Below, one piece after another: positions 46,853 through 57,160 of a stretch of 64,000 nt of DNA. This DNA comes from an uncultured Actinomycetota bacterium. GTDB taxonomy: Bacteria; Actinomycetota; Actinomycetes; JACCUZ01. The position numbers were made by a program, and so were the translations under genes. The notes under the pieces are model-generated. The model was not told the DNA's origin, made no database searches, and saw nothing but the letters and a program-made list of their open reading frames with translations. The stretch spans positions 111,910 through 175,909 of the forward strand of contig CAWBMM010000017.1 in NCBI GenBank assembly GCA_963789855.1, in the 5' to 3' direction. Each line of letters opens with the position of its first letter. Within the stretch, counting starts at the first letter, position 1.

Positions 46853-48312
46853 GAGCGAGCTGGTCGTGCCGGGGTACGACGTCGTGGAGCTGCTCGGCTA
46901 CGGCTCGGGTGGCGAGGTGTGGCTCGGGCGGGAGCGCGCCACCGGCCTGCCGGTCGCCCTGAAGCGGGTGCCCGCCGGCGCCGATCTGGCCGCGCGTGAC
47001 CGGCTCCGCCGCGAGGCGGCCGTGCTGGCCGGGGTGCAGCACCCGCACGTGGTGCGGCTCCGCGGGGTGCACGGCGTCGACGACGCCCTGGTGCTGGTGC
47101 TCGACCTGGCGCCGGGGGGCAGCCTGGCCCGGCTGCTCGCCACCCGCGGCACGCTCAGCCCGGGCGAGGTGGTCACGCTCGGCGTCCCTCTCGCGCAGGC
47201 CCTGGCCGCCGTGCACGCGCAGGGCCTGGTGCACGGCGACGTGACGCCGGCGAACGTGCTGTTCGCGGCCGACGGACGGCCGCTGCTCGGCGACCTGGGC
47301 GTGGCCGGGCTCACCGGCCTGCCACCCGGGGAGGTCGGCGGCACGAGCGGTTTCGTCGACCCGGCCGTGCTGGCCGGTGCCGCGCCGGGGCCGGCCTCGG
47401 ACGTCCATGGCCTCGCCGCCACCTGCCTCGCCGCGCTCACCGGCCGGCCGCCGTACGACGAGCAGGGACGGCGGGTGCCCCTCACCGATGCACCGACGAT
47501 GGTGGCTGCCCTCGAGCCGGCGCTGGCTGCCGACCCCGTCGCGCGTCCGACGGCCGAGCGGCTCGCGGTGGCGCTCTTCGAGGCAGCCGTCGCCGAGCCG
47601 GTGCGGCTCGACCGGTCGGCCGGCCCGCTGCTCTCGCAACCGTCCAGCGGCTCAGCCGCTGCCGCCGCCCACCTACCGGGTGGCTCCCGCGTCGGCGCCG
47701 GTGACCGGCGCGGACCCGCCCCGCCGGCACGGCCGGGCCCGGATCCCCTCGAGGACCGTGCTGGGGGCCGCGGTCGCCGCTGCGGCTGTCGGGCTGGCGA
47801 CGGTCACCGGCATCGCCTGGGCCGACGCCGGGGGTGCGCCGAGGGCGGGTGCGCCGAGGGCGGCCGACGTGAGCGGCCGCCCCGCAGTCGGGGCTCAGCG
47901 GGTCCCGACAGCGTCGAAGCCCCCGTCGGTGGAAGGCTGGGCGGCCACCCTGGCCGCGCTCGACCGGGCCCGCTCACAGGCGTTCGCGTCGGGCGACCCG
48001 ATGCGGTTGACCAGCGTCTACGCCCCCGGGGCGCCGGCCCTGCGCCGTGACCAGGCCGTGCTGCGCCGGCTCACCCGCGCGGGCCTGCGGGCGGCCGGCC
48101 TCCGGCTGCGGGTCACCGCTGTGACCGCTGCGAGTCGGGCCGCCGACGGCCGGGTCCGGCTCGCGGTCACCGATGTGATGCCGCCGTACCGGCTGGTCGA
48201 CGACGGCGGCACCGTCGTCGAGGCGCGTCCGGGGCGGCGCGAGCGCTCCTGGACGGTCGTCCTGGCGCGCAGCGCCGGCCGTTGGCGGGTCTACGACGTG
48301 GTGCGGGGGTGA
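46853..48312 (+). CDS. Hanks-type Ser/Thr protein kinase-like membrane protein with a non-canonical catalytic loop, frameshift near 47650
   Basis: Gly loop [16 protein letters not shown]-like PVALKRV. Catalytic loop [13 protein letters not shown] (HGDxTxxN instead of HRDxKxxN). DLG in place of DFG. A TM segment ([21 protein letters not shown]) and an extracellular domain lie in ORF 47377..48312. Confidence 0.7.
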
Positions 48313-49200
48313 CCCTGGGCGAGCACCTCGCGCAGGGCCGGCTCGAAGGTGGGGTGGGCGAAGGCGAATCCGGCGTCGAGCAGCCGCCGTGGCAGCACGC
48401 GCTGACCGCCGAGGAGGTCCTCCGCGAAGTCGCGCAGCGGCAGCTTCATCGCCCAGCCGGGCGCGGTGAACACCGTCGGCCGGTGCAGCACCCGCCCCAT
48501 CGCCGCTGTCATGTCAGCGTTGGTCAGCGGCTCGGGGGCACTGAGGTTCACCGGGCCGGCCAGCTCGTCCCGGTCGAGCACGAAGCGCACGCAGCGCAGG
48601 TAGTCGTCGAGGGTGATCCAGGACCACCACTGCCGGCCCGAGCCGATCTTGCCGCCGAGCCCGAGCCGGAACAGCGGCAGCAGCCGGCCGTAGGCACCGC
48701 CCTTCGCCGAGAGCACCACGGCGGTCCGGGCCAGCACCACGCGCGCGCCGCCCGCGACAGCGGCCTCCGTCGCGGCCTCCCACGCGGCGGCGATGTCGGC
48801 GATGTACGTCGACCCGCGCGGTGACTCCTCGTCGAGCACCTGGTCGCCCGGGTTCCCGTAGTAGCCGACCCCGGAGGCCGAGACGAGGACGGGCACGCCG
48901 TGCTCCGCGACGGCGCGGGCGATCGTCGTGGTGCCCTCGACCCGGCTGTCCAGGACGGCACGCCGGTGCGCCGCGGTCCACGGCTTGTCGCCGAGCCCGA
49001 CGCCCGCGAGGTGCACCACGGCGGCGGCGCCCTGCAGCGCGGCGTTGTCCACCGTGCCTCCGGCCGGGTCCCAGCGGGCTTCGTCCGGGCCGGCCGGCTC
49101 GCGGCGGACCAGCCGGACCACGTCGTGCCCGTCGGCGCGCAGCGACGCGGCGAGGGCAGGACCGAGCAGACCGGACGCGCCGGTGAGGACGACCTTCACG
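48291..49200 (-). CDS. TIGR01777/DUF1731-family NAD-dependent epimerase-like protein (Rv2216-like)
   Basis: [20 protein letters not shown] ... C-terminal DUF1731-like region. It is the 3' part of the artefactual 965-aa ORF 48291..51188. Lies adjacent to dlaT as in mycobacteria. Confidence 0.65.
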
Positions 49201-49213
49201 CGGTGTCTTCTGC

Positions 49214-51152
49214 CTACAGACCCAGATCGGACTCGAACGCGCCGTCTTCCAGCCTGGCCTTGACGGTGCCCAGGAAGCGCGCCGCGTCGGCGCCGTCCAC
49301 GATCCGGTGGTCGTAGGACAGTGCCAGGTAGCACATCGACCGGATCGCGATCGTCTCGCCGAGCTCCGAGTCGTCGACGACCACCGCGCGCTTCACGACC
49401 GCTCCGGTGCCGAGGATCCCCACCTGCGGCTGGTTGATGATCGGGGTGTCGAACAGGGCTCCGCGGCTGCCGGTGTTGGTCAGCGTGAAGGTGCCGCCGC
49501 CGAGCTCGTCCGGCGTGATCTTGTTGCTCCGGGTGCGCTCGGCCAGGTCGGCGATCTTGCGGGCCAGCCCGGCGATGTTCAGGTCGCCGGCGTCCTTGAC
49601 CACCGGCACCAGCAGGCCGCGCTCGGTGTCGACCGCGACGCCCAGGTGCTCGGCGCCGTGGTAGGTGATCTCGCCCTTCTCGGTGTCGATGCTCGCGTTG
49701 ACCACCGGGTGCGCCTTGAGCGCCTCGACGGTCGCCTTGGCGAGGAACGGCAGGAACGAGAGCTTGACGCCCTCGCGCGCCTCGAAGTCGGCCTTGGCCC
49801 GCTGCCGCAGCCGGGCCACCTTGGTCAGGTCGACCTCGACGACTGTCGTCAGCTGCGCCGAGACCTGCAGCGACTCCACCATCCGGCTCGCGATGACCTT
49901 GCGGAGCCGGGACATCTTCTCGGTGGTGCCGCGCAGCGGCGAGCTGCCCGTGGCGGCGGCGGGTGCCGGTGCCGCGGCGGCCCCGGTCGGCGCCGGGGCG
50001 GCCTTGGCGGCCGCGGCCGCCTCCAGGACGTCCTGCTTGCGGATCCGGCCCCCGACCCCCGTGCCCTGGAGGGTCCCGAGGTCGACGCCGTGCTCGGTCG
50101 CGAGCTTGCGGACCAGCGGCGTGACGTAGGCCGGCTCCGCCGCCGCCGTCCTGAGCCGCCTGGGGCGGCGGCGCGGGTGCCTGCGCCGCGGGCTGTGCCT
50201 GCTGCGGCTGCGGTGCCTGCTGTGGCTGCGGGGCCGGCGCCTGCGCTGCCGGAGCTGCCTGCTGCGGGGCGGGTGCGGAGATCAGCGACGGGGCCGGTGC
50301 GGCCGGCGGCGCGCTGCTGCTGTTGCTGCTGGGGCGCGGCTGGCTGCTCCTGGGGGCGGCGGCGTCCTGCTGCGGGGCGGCGTCCTGCTGCGGGGCGGCC
50401 GACGTCGCGCCGCCGGCGCCGCCGATCCGGGCCAGCTCGGCGCCTACGGGGACGGTCTCGTCCTCGCCGACGAGGATCTTGGTCAGCACGCCGGCCGCGG
50501 GGGACGGGATCTCGGTGTCGACCTTGTCGGTCGAGACCTCGAGGAGCGGCTCGTCGACGTTGACCTGCTCGCCCTCCTGCTTGAGCCACCGGGTGACGGT
50601 GCCCTCGGTCACGCTCTCGCCGAGCGCCGGCATGGTGACCGCGGTGCCGTCGCCGGACTGGTCGTCGCCGGACTGGCCGTCGCCCGACTCGCCGTCCCCG
50701 CCGGCCGGCTGGCCGGCGTCCTCGGTCGGCCGCGGACTCGGCCTGCTGCTCGGCGGGCTGCTGCTCGGCGGGCTGCTGCTCGGTGGCTGCTGTTCGGCTG
50801 CGGCCGGCTGCTGCCCGTCGGACTGGTCGCCGGCGGACTGCTGCTCCTGCTGCCCGGCCGGGGCCTGGTCAGCCTGCTGCCCGCCGTCCGCGGAGCCCGA
50901 CGGGTCGCCGTCGCCCTCGCCGCCGATCACGGCGAGCTCGGTGCCGACCGCGACGGTCTCGTCCTCGGCGACCACGATCTTGGTCAGCACGCCGGACGCC
51001 GGGGACGGGATCTCGGTGTCGACCTTGTCGGTGGAGACCTCGAGGAGTGGCTCGTCGGCGTTGACCTGCTCGCCCTCCTGCTTGAGCCACCGGGTGACGG
51101 TGCCTTCGCTCACGCTCTCGCCCAGAGCCGGCATGGTTACCGAGGTCGACAT
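49214..51152 (-). CDS. dlaT: Dihydrolipoamide acyltransferase E2 (2 lipoyl domains, PSBD, catalytic domain), frameshifted
   Basis: Lipoyl domains: [27 protein letters not shown] ... [14 protein letters not shown] (twice). PSBD: [34 protein letters not shown], only readable in an alternate frame near 50000–50120. Catalytic: ORF 49214..49915 with [19 protein letters not shown]. Confidence 0.85.
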
Positions 51153-51209
51153 CTGCTCTCGTGCTCCTTCAGGTCGGGCGGTAGGCAACGTGACCGTGGG
51201 TCCGCTGGA

Positions 51210-52598
51210 CTATCCGTGCGCGTGCAGGGGCTTGCCGGCCAGGGCGAGGTGAGCCTCGCCGACGGCCTCGGTCTGGGTCGGGTGGGCGTGGATGAGCTGG
51301 GCGACGTCCTCGGGGTAGGCCTCCCAGCCGTAGATCAGCTGAGCCTCCGCGATCAGCTCGCCGACCCGGCTGCCGACCATGTGGATGCCCACGACCGGGC
51401 CGTCCTTCTGTCGCACCAGCTTGACGAAGCCGGCGGTCTTGAGGATCTGGCTCTTGCCGTTGCCTGCGAGGTCGTAGGTCACGGTCTCGACCGCGTCGGC
51501 GCCGTACGTCTCTTTCGCCCGTGCCTCGGTGATGCCCACCGAGGCGACCTCGGGCTCGGAGTAGGTGACGCGGGGAACGCCGTCGTAGTCGATCGGAGCC
51601 GGCTCGAGCCCGGCCAGCCGCTCAGCCACCATGATCCCCTCGCCGAACCCGACGTGGGCCAGCTGCAGCGTCGGGACGAGGTCGCCGACGGCGGAGATCG
51701 TGGCGACGCTCGTCTGGCAGTGCGCGTCGACCTTGACGAACCCGCGCTCCATCTCGACGCCGGCCTGCTCGTAGCCCAGCTCCTGGGAGACCGGCCCGCG
51801 GCCGACGGCGACGAGCAGCAGGTCCGCCTCGATCGTCTTGCCGTTCTCCAGCGAGACCTTGACGCCGGAGTCGGTCTTCTCGACGCCGGCGAAGCGGGCG
51901 CCCAGCTCGAAACCGATCTTGCGCTTGCGGAAGGCGCGCTCGAGAGCCTTGGACGCCTGCTCGTCCTCCAGCGGCACCAGGTGGGGGAGCGCCTCGACGA
52001 TCGTCACGTCGGCGCCGAAGGAGCGCCACACGCTGGCGAACTCGCAGCCGATGACGCCACCGCCGAGCACGACCACCGAGGCCGGCACGGAGTCGAGTCG
52101 CAGCGCGTGGTCGCTGTTCAGCACGAGGCGGCCGTCGATCTCGAGGCCGGGAAGGCTCTTCGGCACCGAGCCGGTCGCCAGGACGACGTGCCGGCCCTCG
52201 TAGCGCTGACCGTCGACCTCCACCGCGGTGGGGCTGACCAGGCGGCCGAGACCTTCGACGTAGGTGATCTTGCGGCTCTTGACCAGGCCCTGGAGGCCCT
52301 TGTGGAGCCGGGCGACGACACCGTCCTTGTACTCGTTCACGGCGGGCATGTCGATGCCCTCGAACGTGGAGCGGACGCCGAACTGCTCGCTCTCCCGCGA
52401 GGAGTCGGCCACCTCGGCCGCGTGCAGCAGGGCCTTGGTCGGGATGCAGCCGCGGTGCAGGCAGGTGCCGCCCAGCTCGCCCTTCTCGACGAGCACGACC
52501 TGAAGCCCGAGCTGCGCCGCCCGCAGGGCGCAGGCGTAGCCGCCGCTGCCGCCGCCGAGGATGACGACGTCGTACACGGTGCCGGCGTTGTCCGCCAC
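51210..52598 (-). CDS. lpd: Dihydrolipoyl dehydrogenase (E3)
   Basis: 462 aa. YDVVILGGGSGGYACALRAAQLG ... GGTCLHRGCIPTKALL (redox disulfide) ... HAHPTQTEA. Confidence 0.9.
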   Translation of the reverse strand: MADNAGTVYDVVILGGGSGGYACALRAAQLGLQVVLVEKGELGGTCLHRGCIPTKALLHAAEVADSSRESEQFGVRSTFEGIDMPAVNEYKDGVVARLHKGLQGLVKSRKITYVEGLGRLVSPTAVEVDGQRYEGRHVVLATGSVPKSLPGLEIDGRLVLNSDHALRLDSVPASVVVLGGGVIGCEFASVWRSFGADVTIVEALPHLVPLEDEQASKALERAFRKRKIGFELGARFAGVEKTDSGVKVSLENGKTIEADLLLVAVGRGPVSQELGYEQAGVEMERGFVKVDAHCQTSVATISAVGDLVPTLQLAHVGFGEGIMVAERLAGLEPAPIDYDGVPRVTYSEPEVASVGITEARAKETYGADAVETVTYDLAGNGKSQILKTAGFVKLVRQKDGPVVGIHMVGSRVGELIAEAQLIYGWEAYPEDVAQLIHAHPTQTEAVGEAHLALAGKPLHAHG

Positions 52599-52811
52599 GG
52601 AGCACTCCTCGCGGTCTGCAGGGCTGAGCAGGGTCTCGTGGACCCGTCGGTCGACGTCATCCTGTCACCGCTGGCACGCTCAGGGGCAAGTGGGTCGGCG
52701 GCGGAACCAGCGGAACTCTGGACCGGTGCCCTACCGTTGCTCAGCGAAACGGCGGCAAGCGTGCCGAGGCGGCGAACTGGCGCCCTCGGCCGGGACGGAG
52801 TACGGGTGCGA

Positions 52812-53156
52812 CTGTTCCGCAGACGGTCGCGCGCCGGTGTCGTGCGGCAGGCCGACGGGGCCGACGTCGCGCACCTGGCGGAGTTCGCGCGGTCGCACAC
52901 CGGGGTGGAGGCGTTCGTCGAGCCACCCACGACCGTGTCGACGACCACGGTCGTGTTCGTGGCCAGCACCGGGGAGTGGACCCGACGCCGGATCCGGGAC
53001 GCCCGGTCGGCGCACGAGCTGGCCAACCGCCTCGGCGTGCCGTCCTACGACGCTGCGGTGGTCGGTTACCCGCAGCGGATGCGGGACTGGAACGCCCGCC
53101 GCGCGGCGGGCGGCGGGTCGGACGCCGGCTCGACCGGCCCGGCTGCTCCGGCCTGA
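52812..53156 (+). CDS. Hypothetical small protein
   Basis: Tail of artefactual ORF 51216..53156. VRLFRRRSRAGVVRQADGADVAHLAEFARSHTGVEAFVEPPTTVSTTTVVFVASTGEWTRRRIRDARSAHELANRLGVPSYDAAVVGYPQRMRDWNARR reads protein-like. Possible GTG start around 52812. Confidence 0.3.
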   Translation: MFRRRSRAGVVRQADGADVAHLAEFARSHTGVEAFVEPPTTVSTTTVVFVASTGEWTRRRIRDARSAHELANRLGVPSYDAAVVGYPQRMRDWNARRAAGGGSDAGSTGPAAPA

Positions 53157-53172
53157 CGGATCGGCCGTGCGC

Positions 53173-53844
53173 TCACCTCGCCGCGTGCTCGGCTGACTCT
53201 GCCGGTGCGGTGCGGCCCGGTGCTCGGCTGATTTCCCGTGCGGTGCGGCCCGGTGCTCGGCGGATTTCCCGTGCGGTGCGGCCCGGTGCTCGGCGCCGTG
53301 TCCCGGGCCCGTCGGCGGCCCGTGCTCGGCGCCGTCGGCGGCTCCGGTCGCCGGACGGGTCGGCTTGCCGCAGTCGGACCGCGCAGCCGCGCTCACCAGC
53401 GCCCCGCGGTCGGCCTTGCCCTCGGTGGCGGCGGCGACCTGAGCGACGTAGTCGCCGTGGTGGAGGGCGGCGGCGCAGGCGGCCGGGTCGACCGAGCGCG
53501 GCGGGAGCTGTGCTCGCGCCGTGCTTCGGCTTGGCCGACTCCTTGGCCGCCTTCGGCTTCGAGGTCTCGGTGCCGGCCGGCTCGTCCGCGTCGTCCGCGT
53601 CGTCCGCGTCGTCCGCGTCGTCCGACGGATGGCCGGCGGAGGCTACGGCGCTCGGCCCGGCGCTCGGCGTCGTGTCGGCCACCGTCGCGACGGTCGCGGC
53701 CGCGCCGCTGGCGCCCAGGACCGCGGCAGCGACCGCGATCGAGGCGACTCGCACGTTGCGGGCCAGAGCAGCAGCGAGGGCAGTGCGCACGGCAGCCTCC
53801 GAGAGCGGGCGGGCGCGACCGCGACCGGCCTCGCACCCGTGCAT
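53173..53844 (-). CDS. Hypothetical secreted Asp/Ala-rich protein (boundaries and frame uncertain)
   Basis: Signal-peptide-like VRTALAAALARNVRVASIAVAAAVLGASGAAATVA, then DDADDADDADDADE and a KPKAAKESAKPK tract. The 3' part contains three tandem ~36-nt DNA repeats. Frame continuity is unclear. Confidence 0.25.
   Translation of the reverse strand: MHGCEAGRGRARPLSEAAVRTALAAALARNVRVASIAVAAAVLGASGAAATVATVADTTPSAGPSAVASAGHPSDDADDADDADDADEPAGTETSKPKAAKESAKPKHGASTAPAALGRPGRLRRRPPPRRLRRSGRRRHRGQGRPRGAGERGCAVRLRQADPSGDRSRRRRRARAADGPGTRRRAPGRTAREIRRAPGRTAREISRAPGRTAPAESAEHAAR
53190..53300. repeat. Three tandem ~36-nt direct repeats
   Basis: ggtgcggcccggtgctcggc(t/g)gatttcccgtgc repeated three times, followed by a degenerate fourth copy. 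Confidence 0.7.
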
Positions 53845-53884
53845 CGGCCGCCTCGCAGCGGCCGTTACGAGCGGGGCGCCCGCG

Positions 53885-55427
53885 TCACCCGATCAGCCCT
53901 TCGCGAGCGCACCGTCCGCGAGCTGCTCGGCCAGCCGCACCAGGGTGCGCACCGGGTGCCCGGTGCCGCCCTTCGGGGTGTACCCGTGCGGTGCCGCGTC
54001 GTTGTAGGACGGCCCGGCGATGTCCAGGTGCGCCCAGCGGATGCCGGGGCCGACGAACTCCTTGAGGAAGAGCCCAGCGGTCAGCATGCCGCCGTACTTG
54101 TCGCCCATGTTGGCGATGTCGGCGACCGGTCGATCCATCGCCGGTGCGCAGCTCGGCGGGCAGCGGCATCGGCCACATCTGCTCGCCGGCCTCACCTGCT
54201 GCGGCGACGATCGCCTGCTGCAGTTCGTCGTCGTTGGCCATGACGCCCGACGGTGCGGGCGCCCAGCGCGACCAGCTGGGCGCCGGTGAGCGTCGCCACG
54301 TCGATGATGATGTCCGGCTCGTCCTCGCTGGCGCGCGCGATGCGCGTCGGCGAGCACCAGGCGGCCCTCGGCGTCGGTGTTGAGCACCTCGACCGTGGTG
54401 CCGCCGTAGATGCGTGAGGACGTCGGACGGCCGCTGGGCCGAGCCCGACGGCATGTTCTCGGCCATCGGCGCCCAAGCCGTGACGTTGACCTGAGGCCGA
54501 GCCGGGCGATGGCGGTGATCGCGGCGATGACGGCGGCCGCGCCACCCATGTCGCACTTCATCGCACTCCATCGCGGTCGACGGCTTGAGCGACAGGCCGC
54601 CGGAGTCGAAGGTGATGCCCTTGCCGACCAGCGCCAGGTTCGTCTTGCCCCGGCGCCCCGGTAGCTGAGCCTCACCAGCCGCGGCGGGCGTGACGAGCCC
54701 TGCCGACGCCGAGGATCCCGCCGTACCCGGCCTTCTTCAGGGCCTTCTCGTCGAGCACCTCGACGGTGACGCCGGCGGCCTTGGCGGCCGTGACGGCCCG
54801 CGCGGCGAGCTCGGCCGGCGGCAGGTCGCCGGGCGGCATGTTCACCCAGTCGCGCGCCAGGTGCACGGCCTCGACGACGGTGCCCGCCCGGGCGGCAGCC
54901 GCCTTGACGGCCCGGTCCCGGGCGGCGCCGGAGATCAGGGTGAACGACTCGACCGGGGGCCGGTTCCGGTCCAGGCTCGTCACCCGGAAGCTGCGGAACG
55001 CGTAGGCACCGAGCAGCGCGCCCTCGGCGACCCCGGCCGCATCCTCAGGGGTCTCCGCGGGGAGCGCGAGACCCACCTTCGCCGTGCCGGCCAGGGCGCG
55101 CGCCGCCGCGCCGGCAGCCCGGCGGAGCGACTCGTGGTCGTACGTCGGTGCGCTGCCGTTCTTGGCGCCGGCGGCCTTGCCGACGCAGACCGCGACCACG
55201 ATGGGTGCGGTCGTGGCACCCAGCGAGGACAGCTTGGAGACCTCGTTCGGGTTGCCCAGGTTGCCCATCGCCGCGACCGTCTCGGCGATCTTGCCCTTGA
55301 AGGCCTTGTCGACCTCCTCCGCCCCCGGCAGCAGGACGAAACCGTCCGGTGTCTTCGCGAAGCCGACGACGAGGGCGTCGACCTTCAGCGTCGTGGGCTT
55401 GCTGGTGCTGAGCGTGAGCGTTGCCAA
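53885..55427 (-). CDS. pepA: Leucyl aminopeptidase (M17), heavily frameshifted (4 or more shifts)
   Basis: N-terminal domain in ORF 54672..55943 ([16 protein letters not shown] ... [31 protein letters not shown]). Catalytic-domain fragments in ORFs 53893..54675, 54192..54545 and 53885..54571 ([62 protein letters not shown]). Start at TTG 55427 is tentative. Confidence 0.8.
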
Positions 55428-55505
55428 GGCGCTGCCGTCCTGTTCGCGGTTGGTCGGACTCGTGGGGGTCTGAGCAGGTCCGCTGGCGATGCTAGCGTCC
55501 GGCCG

Positions 55506-56623
55506 ATGAGCGAGCAGACCGGCCTCCGACGTTCCCCGCTGCACGACCGGCACACGGCGCTCGGCGCCAAGATGGCCGACTTCGGTGGCTGGGAGATGCC
55601 GATCGAGTACCCCGGCGGCGGGGTGGTGAAGGAGCACACCGCGGTGCGGGAGGCGGTCGGCGTGTTCGACGTGAGCCACCTCGGCAAGGCCGTCGTGCGC
55701 GGGCCGGGCGCCGCGGCGTTCGTCAACGGCACGCTCACCAACGACCTCGACCGGATCGGCCCGGGCAAGGCGCAGTACACGCTGTGCTGCGACGACGCGA
55801 CCGGCGGCGTGGTCGACGACCTCATCGCCTACTACCGCAGCGACGACGAGGTCTTCCTGATCCCCAACGCCGCGAACACCGCCGAGGTCGTCCGCCGGCT
55901 GTCGGCCGGCGCACCGGACGGCGTCGAGGTGCTCGACCAGCACGAGGCGTACGGCGTGCGTCGCGGTGCAGGGCCCGACGAGCGACGAGACCCTCGAGGC
56001 GCTCGGGCTGCCGACCGGTCACGACTACATGTCCTTCGTGGCCCTCGACTGGCGCGGCAGCGAGCTCGTGGTCTGCCGCACCGGCTACACCGGCGAGCAC
56101 GGCTACGAGCTGGTGCCCCGCTGGGACGACACGCCGGCGCTGTGGGACGCCGTGCTCGAGGCGGGCGCGCCGTTCGGCATCCGGCCGGCCGGCCTGGGCG
56201 CTCGCGACACGCTGCGCACCGAGATGGGCTACCCGCTGCACGGCCAGGACCTGTCCCTCGACATCACGCCCGGTGCAGGCGCGCTGCGGGTGGGCCGTCG
56301 GCTGGGAGAAGCCGCAGTTCTGGGGCCGCGACGTGCTGCTGGCCGAGAAGGAGGCCGGCGCCGCGCGGCTGGCCTGGGGGCTGGAGGGCCTCGAGCGGGC
56401 CATCCCGCGCGCCCACATGGCGGTGACGACGTCGGACGGTACGGCGGTCGGCGAGGTCACCAGCGGCACCTTCTCGCCGACCCGCAAGGTCGGCATCGCC
56501 CTCGCCCTGCTCGACCGCGGTGTCGCGGCGGGCGACGAGGTGCTGGTCGACGTCCGCGGCCGCCCGGCCCGGTTCCGCGTCGTCAAGCCGCCCTTCGTCA
56601 CCCCGTCGACTCGCGAGGCCTGA
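55506..56623 (+). CDS. gcvT: Glycine cleavage system aminomethyltransferase (T protein), 2 frameshifts
   Basis: [38 protein letters not shown] ... VFDVSHLGK. Then ORF 55966..57150 ([13 protein letters not shown]) and ORF 55784..56623 ([14 protein letters not shown] ... TSGTFSPT). Confidence 0.85.
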
Positions 56624-56625
56624 CG

Positions 56626-57150
56626 GTGGCCGGCGGGGTCCAGAAGGTGCTGCTGATGGGCATGATGGGGGCGGGCAAGACCTCGGTGGGCAACGCGATC
56701 AGCGCGCGCACCGGCTGGCCCTACCGCGACAACGACGAGGCCGTCGAGATGATCACCGGCCTGCCCACCCGCGAGCTGCTCGACCGGCGCGGGCCGGCCG
56801 CCCTGCGCACCGCCGAGTCGCAGGCCCTCGCCTCGGCGCTGGCGGAGGACCCGCCGCTGGTCGCCGGCGTCGCGGGCGGCGTGGTCGAGTCGGCCGCCGA
56901 CCTCGGCTCGCTGCGAGGCACCGACGCGTTGGTGGTCTACCTGCACACCCCGCTGGAGGTGCTGGTGCAGCGGGTGGGCGACGGGGCCGGCCGGCCGTGG
57001 CTGCAGCCCGACCCGGCGACCGCCCTGCGCACCCTGTTCGAGGGCCGCGAGCCGCTCTACCGGGAGGTCGCCGACCTGGTGGTCGACACCTCGACCGGCG
57101 ACGCCGAGAGCCACGCCGACCAGGTGGTGCGCGCACTGCGCGACCGCTAG
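56626..57150 (+). CDS. Shikimate-kinase-family (P-loop NMP-kinase-like) protein
   Basis: [19 protein letters not shown] ... YRDNDEAVE (Walker A plus the DxD/E of the AroK/gluconokinase family). About 175 aa. Confidence 0.6.
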   Translation: MAGGVQKVLLMGMMGAGKTSVGNAISARTGWPYRDNDEAVEMITGLPTRELLDRRGPAALRTAESQALASALAEDPPLVAGVAGGVVESAADLGSLRGTDALVVYLHTPLEVLVQRVGDGAGRPWLQPDPATALRTLFEGREPLYREVADLVVDTSTGDAESHADQVVRALRDR

Positions 57151-57160
57151 CCGCCGACCG

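Noticed and set aside
48291-51188. 965-aa minus-strand ORF suggesting an E2–epimerase fusion
   Set aside because: It is an artefact of frameshifts. It concatenates dlaT N-terminal lipoyl domains with the unrelated downstream TIGR01777 gene through out-of-frame sequence.
51216-53156. 646-aa + strand ORF
   Set aside because: Most of it is antisense to lpd. Only its last ~115 codons (52812–53156) look protein-like, and these are reported separately at low confidence.
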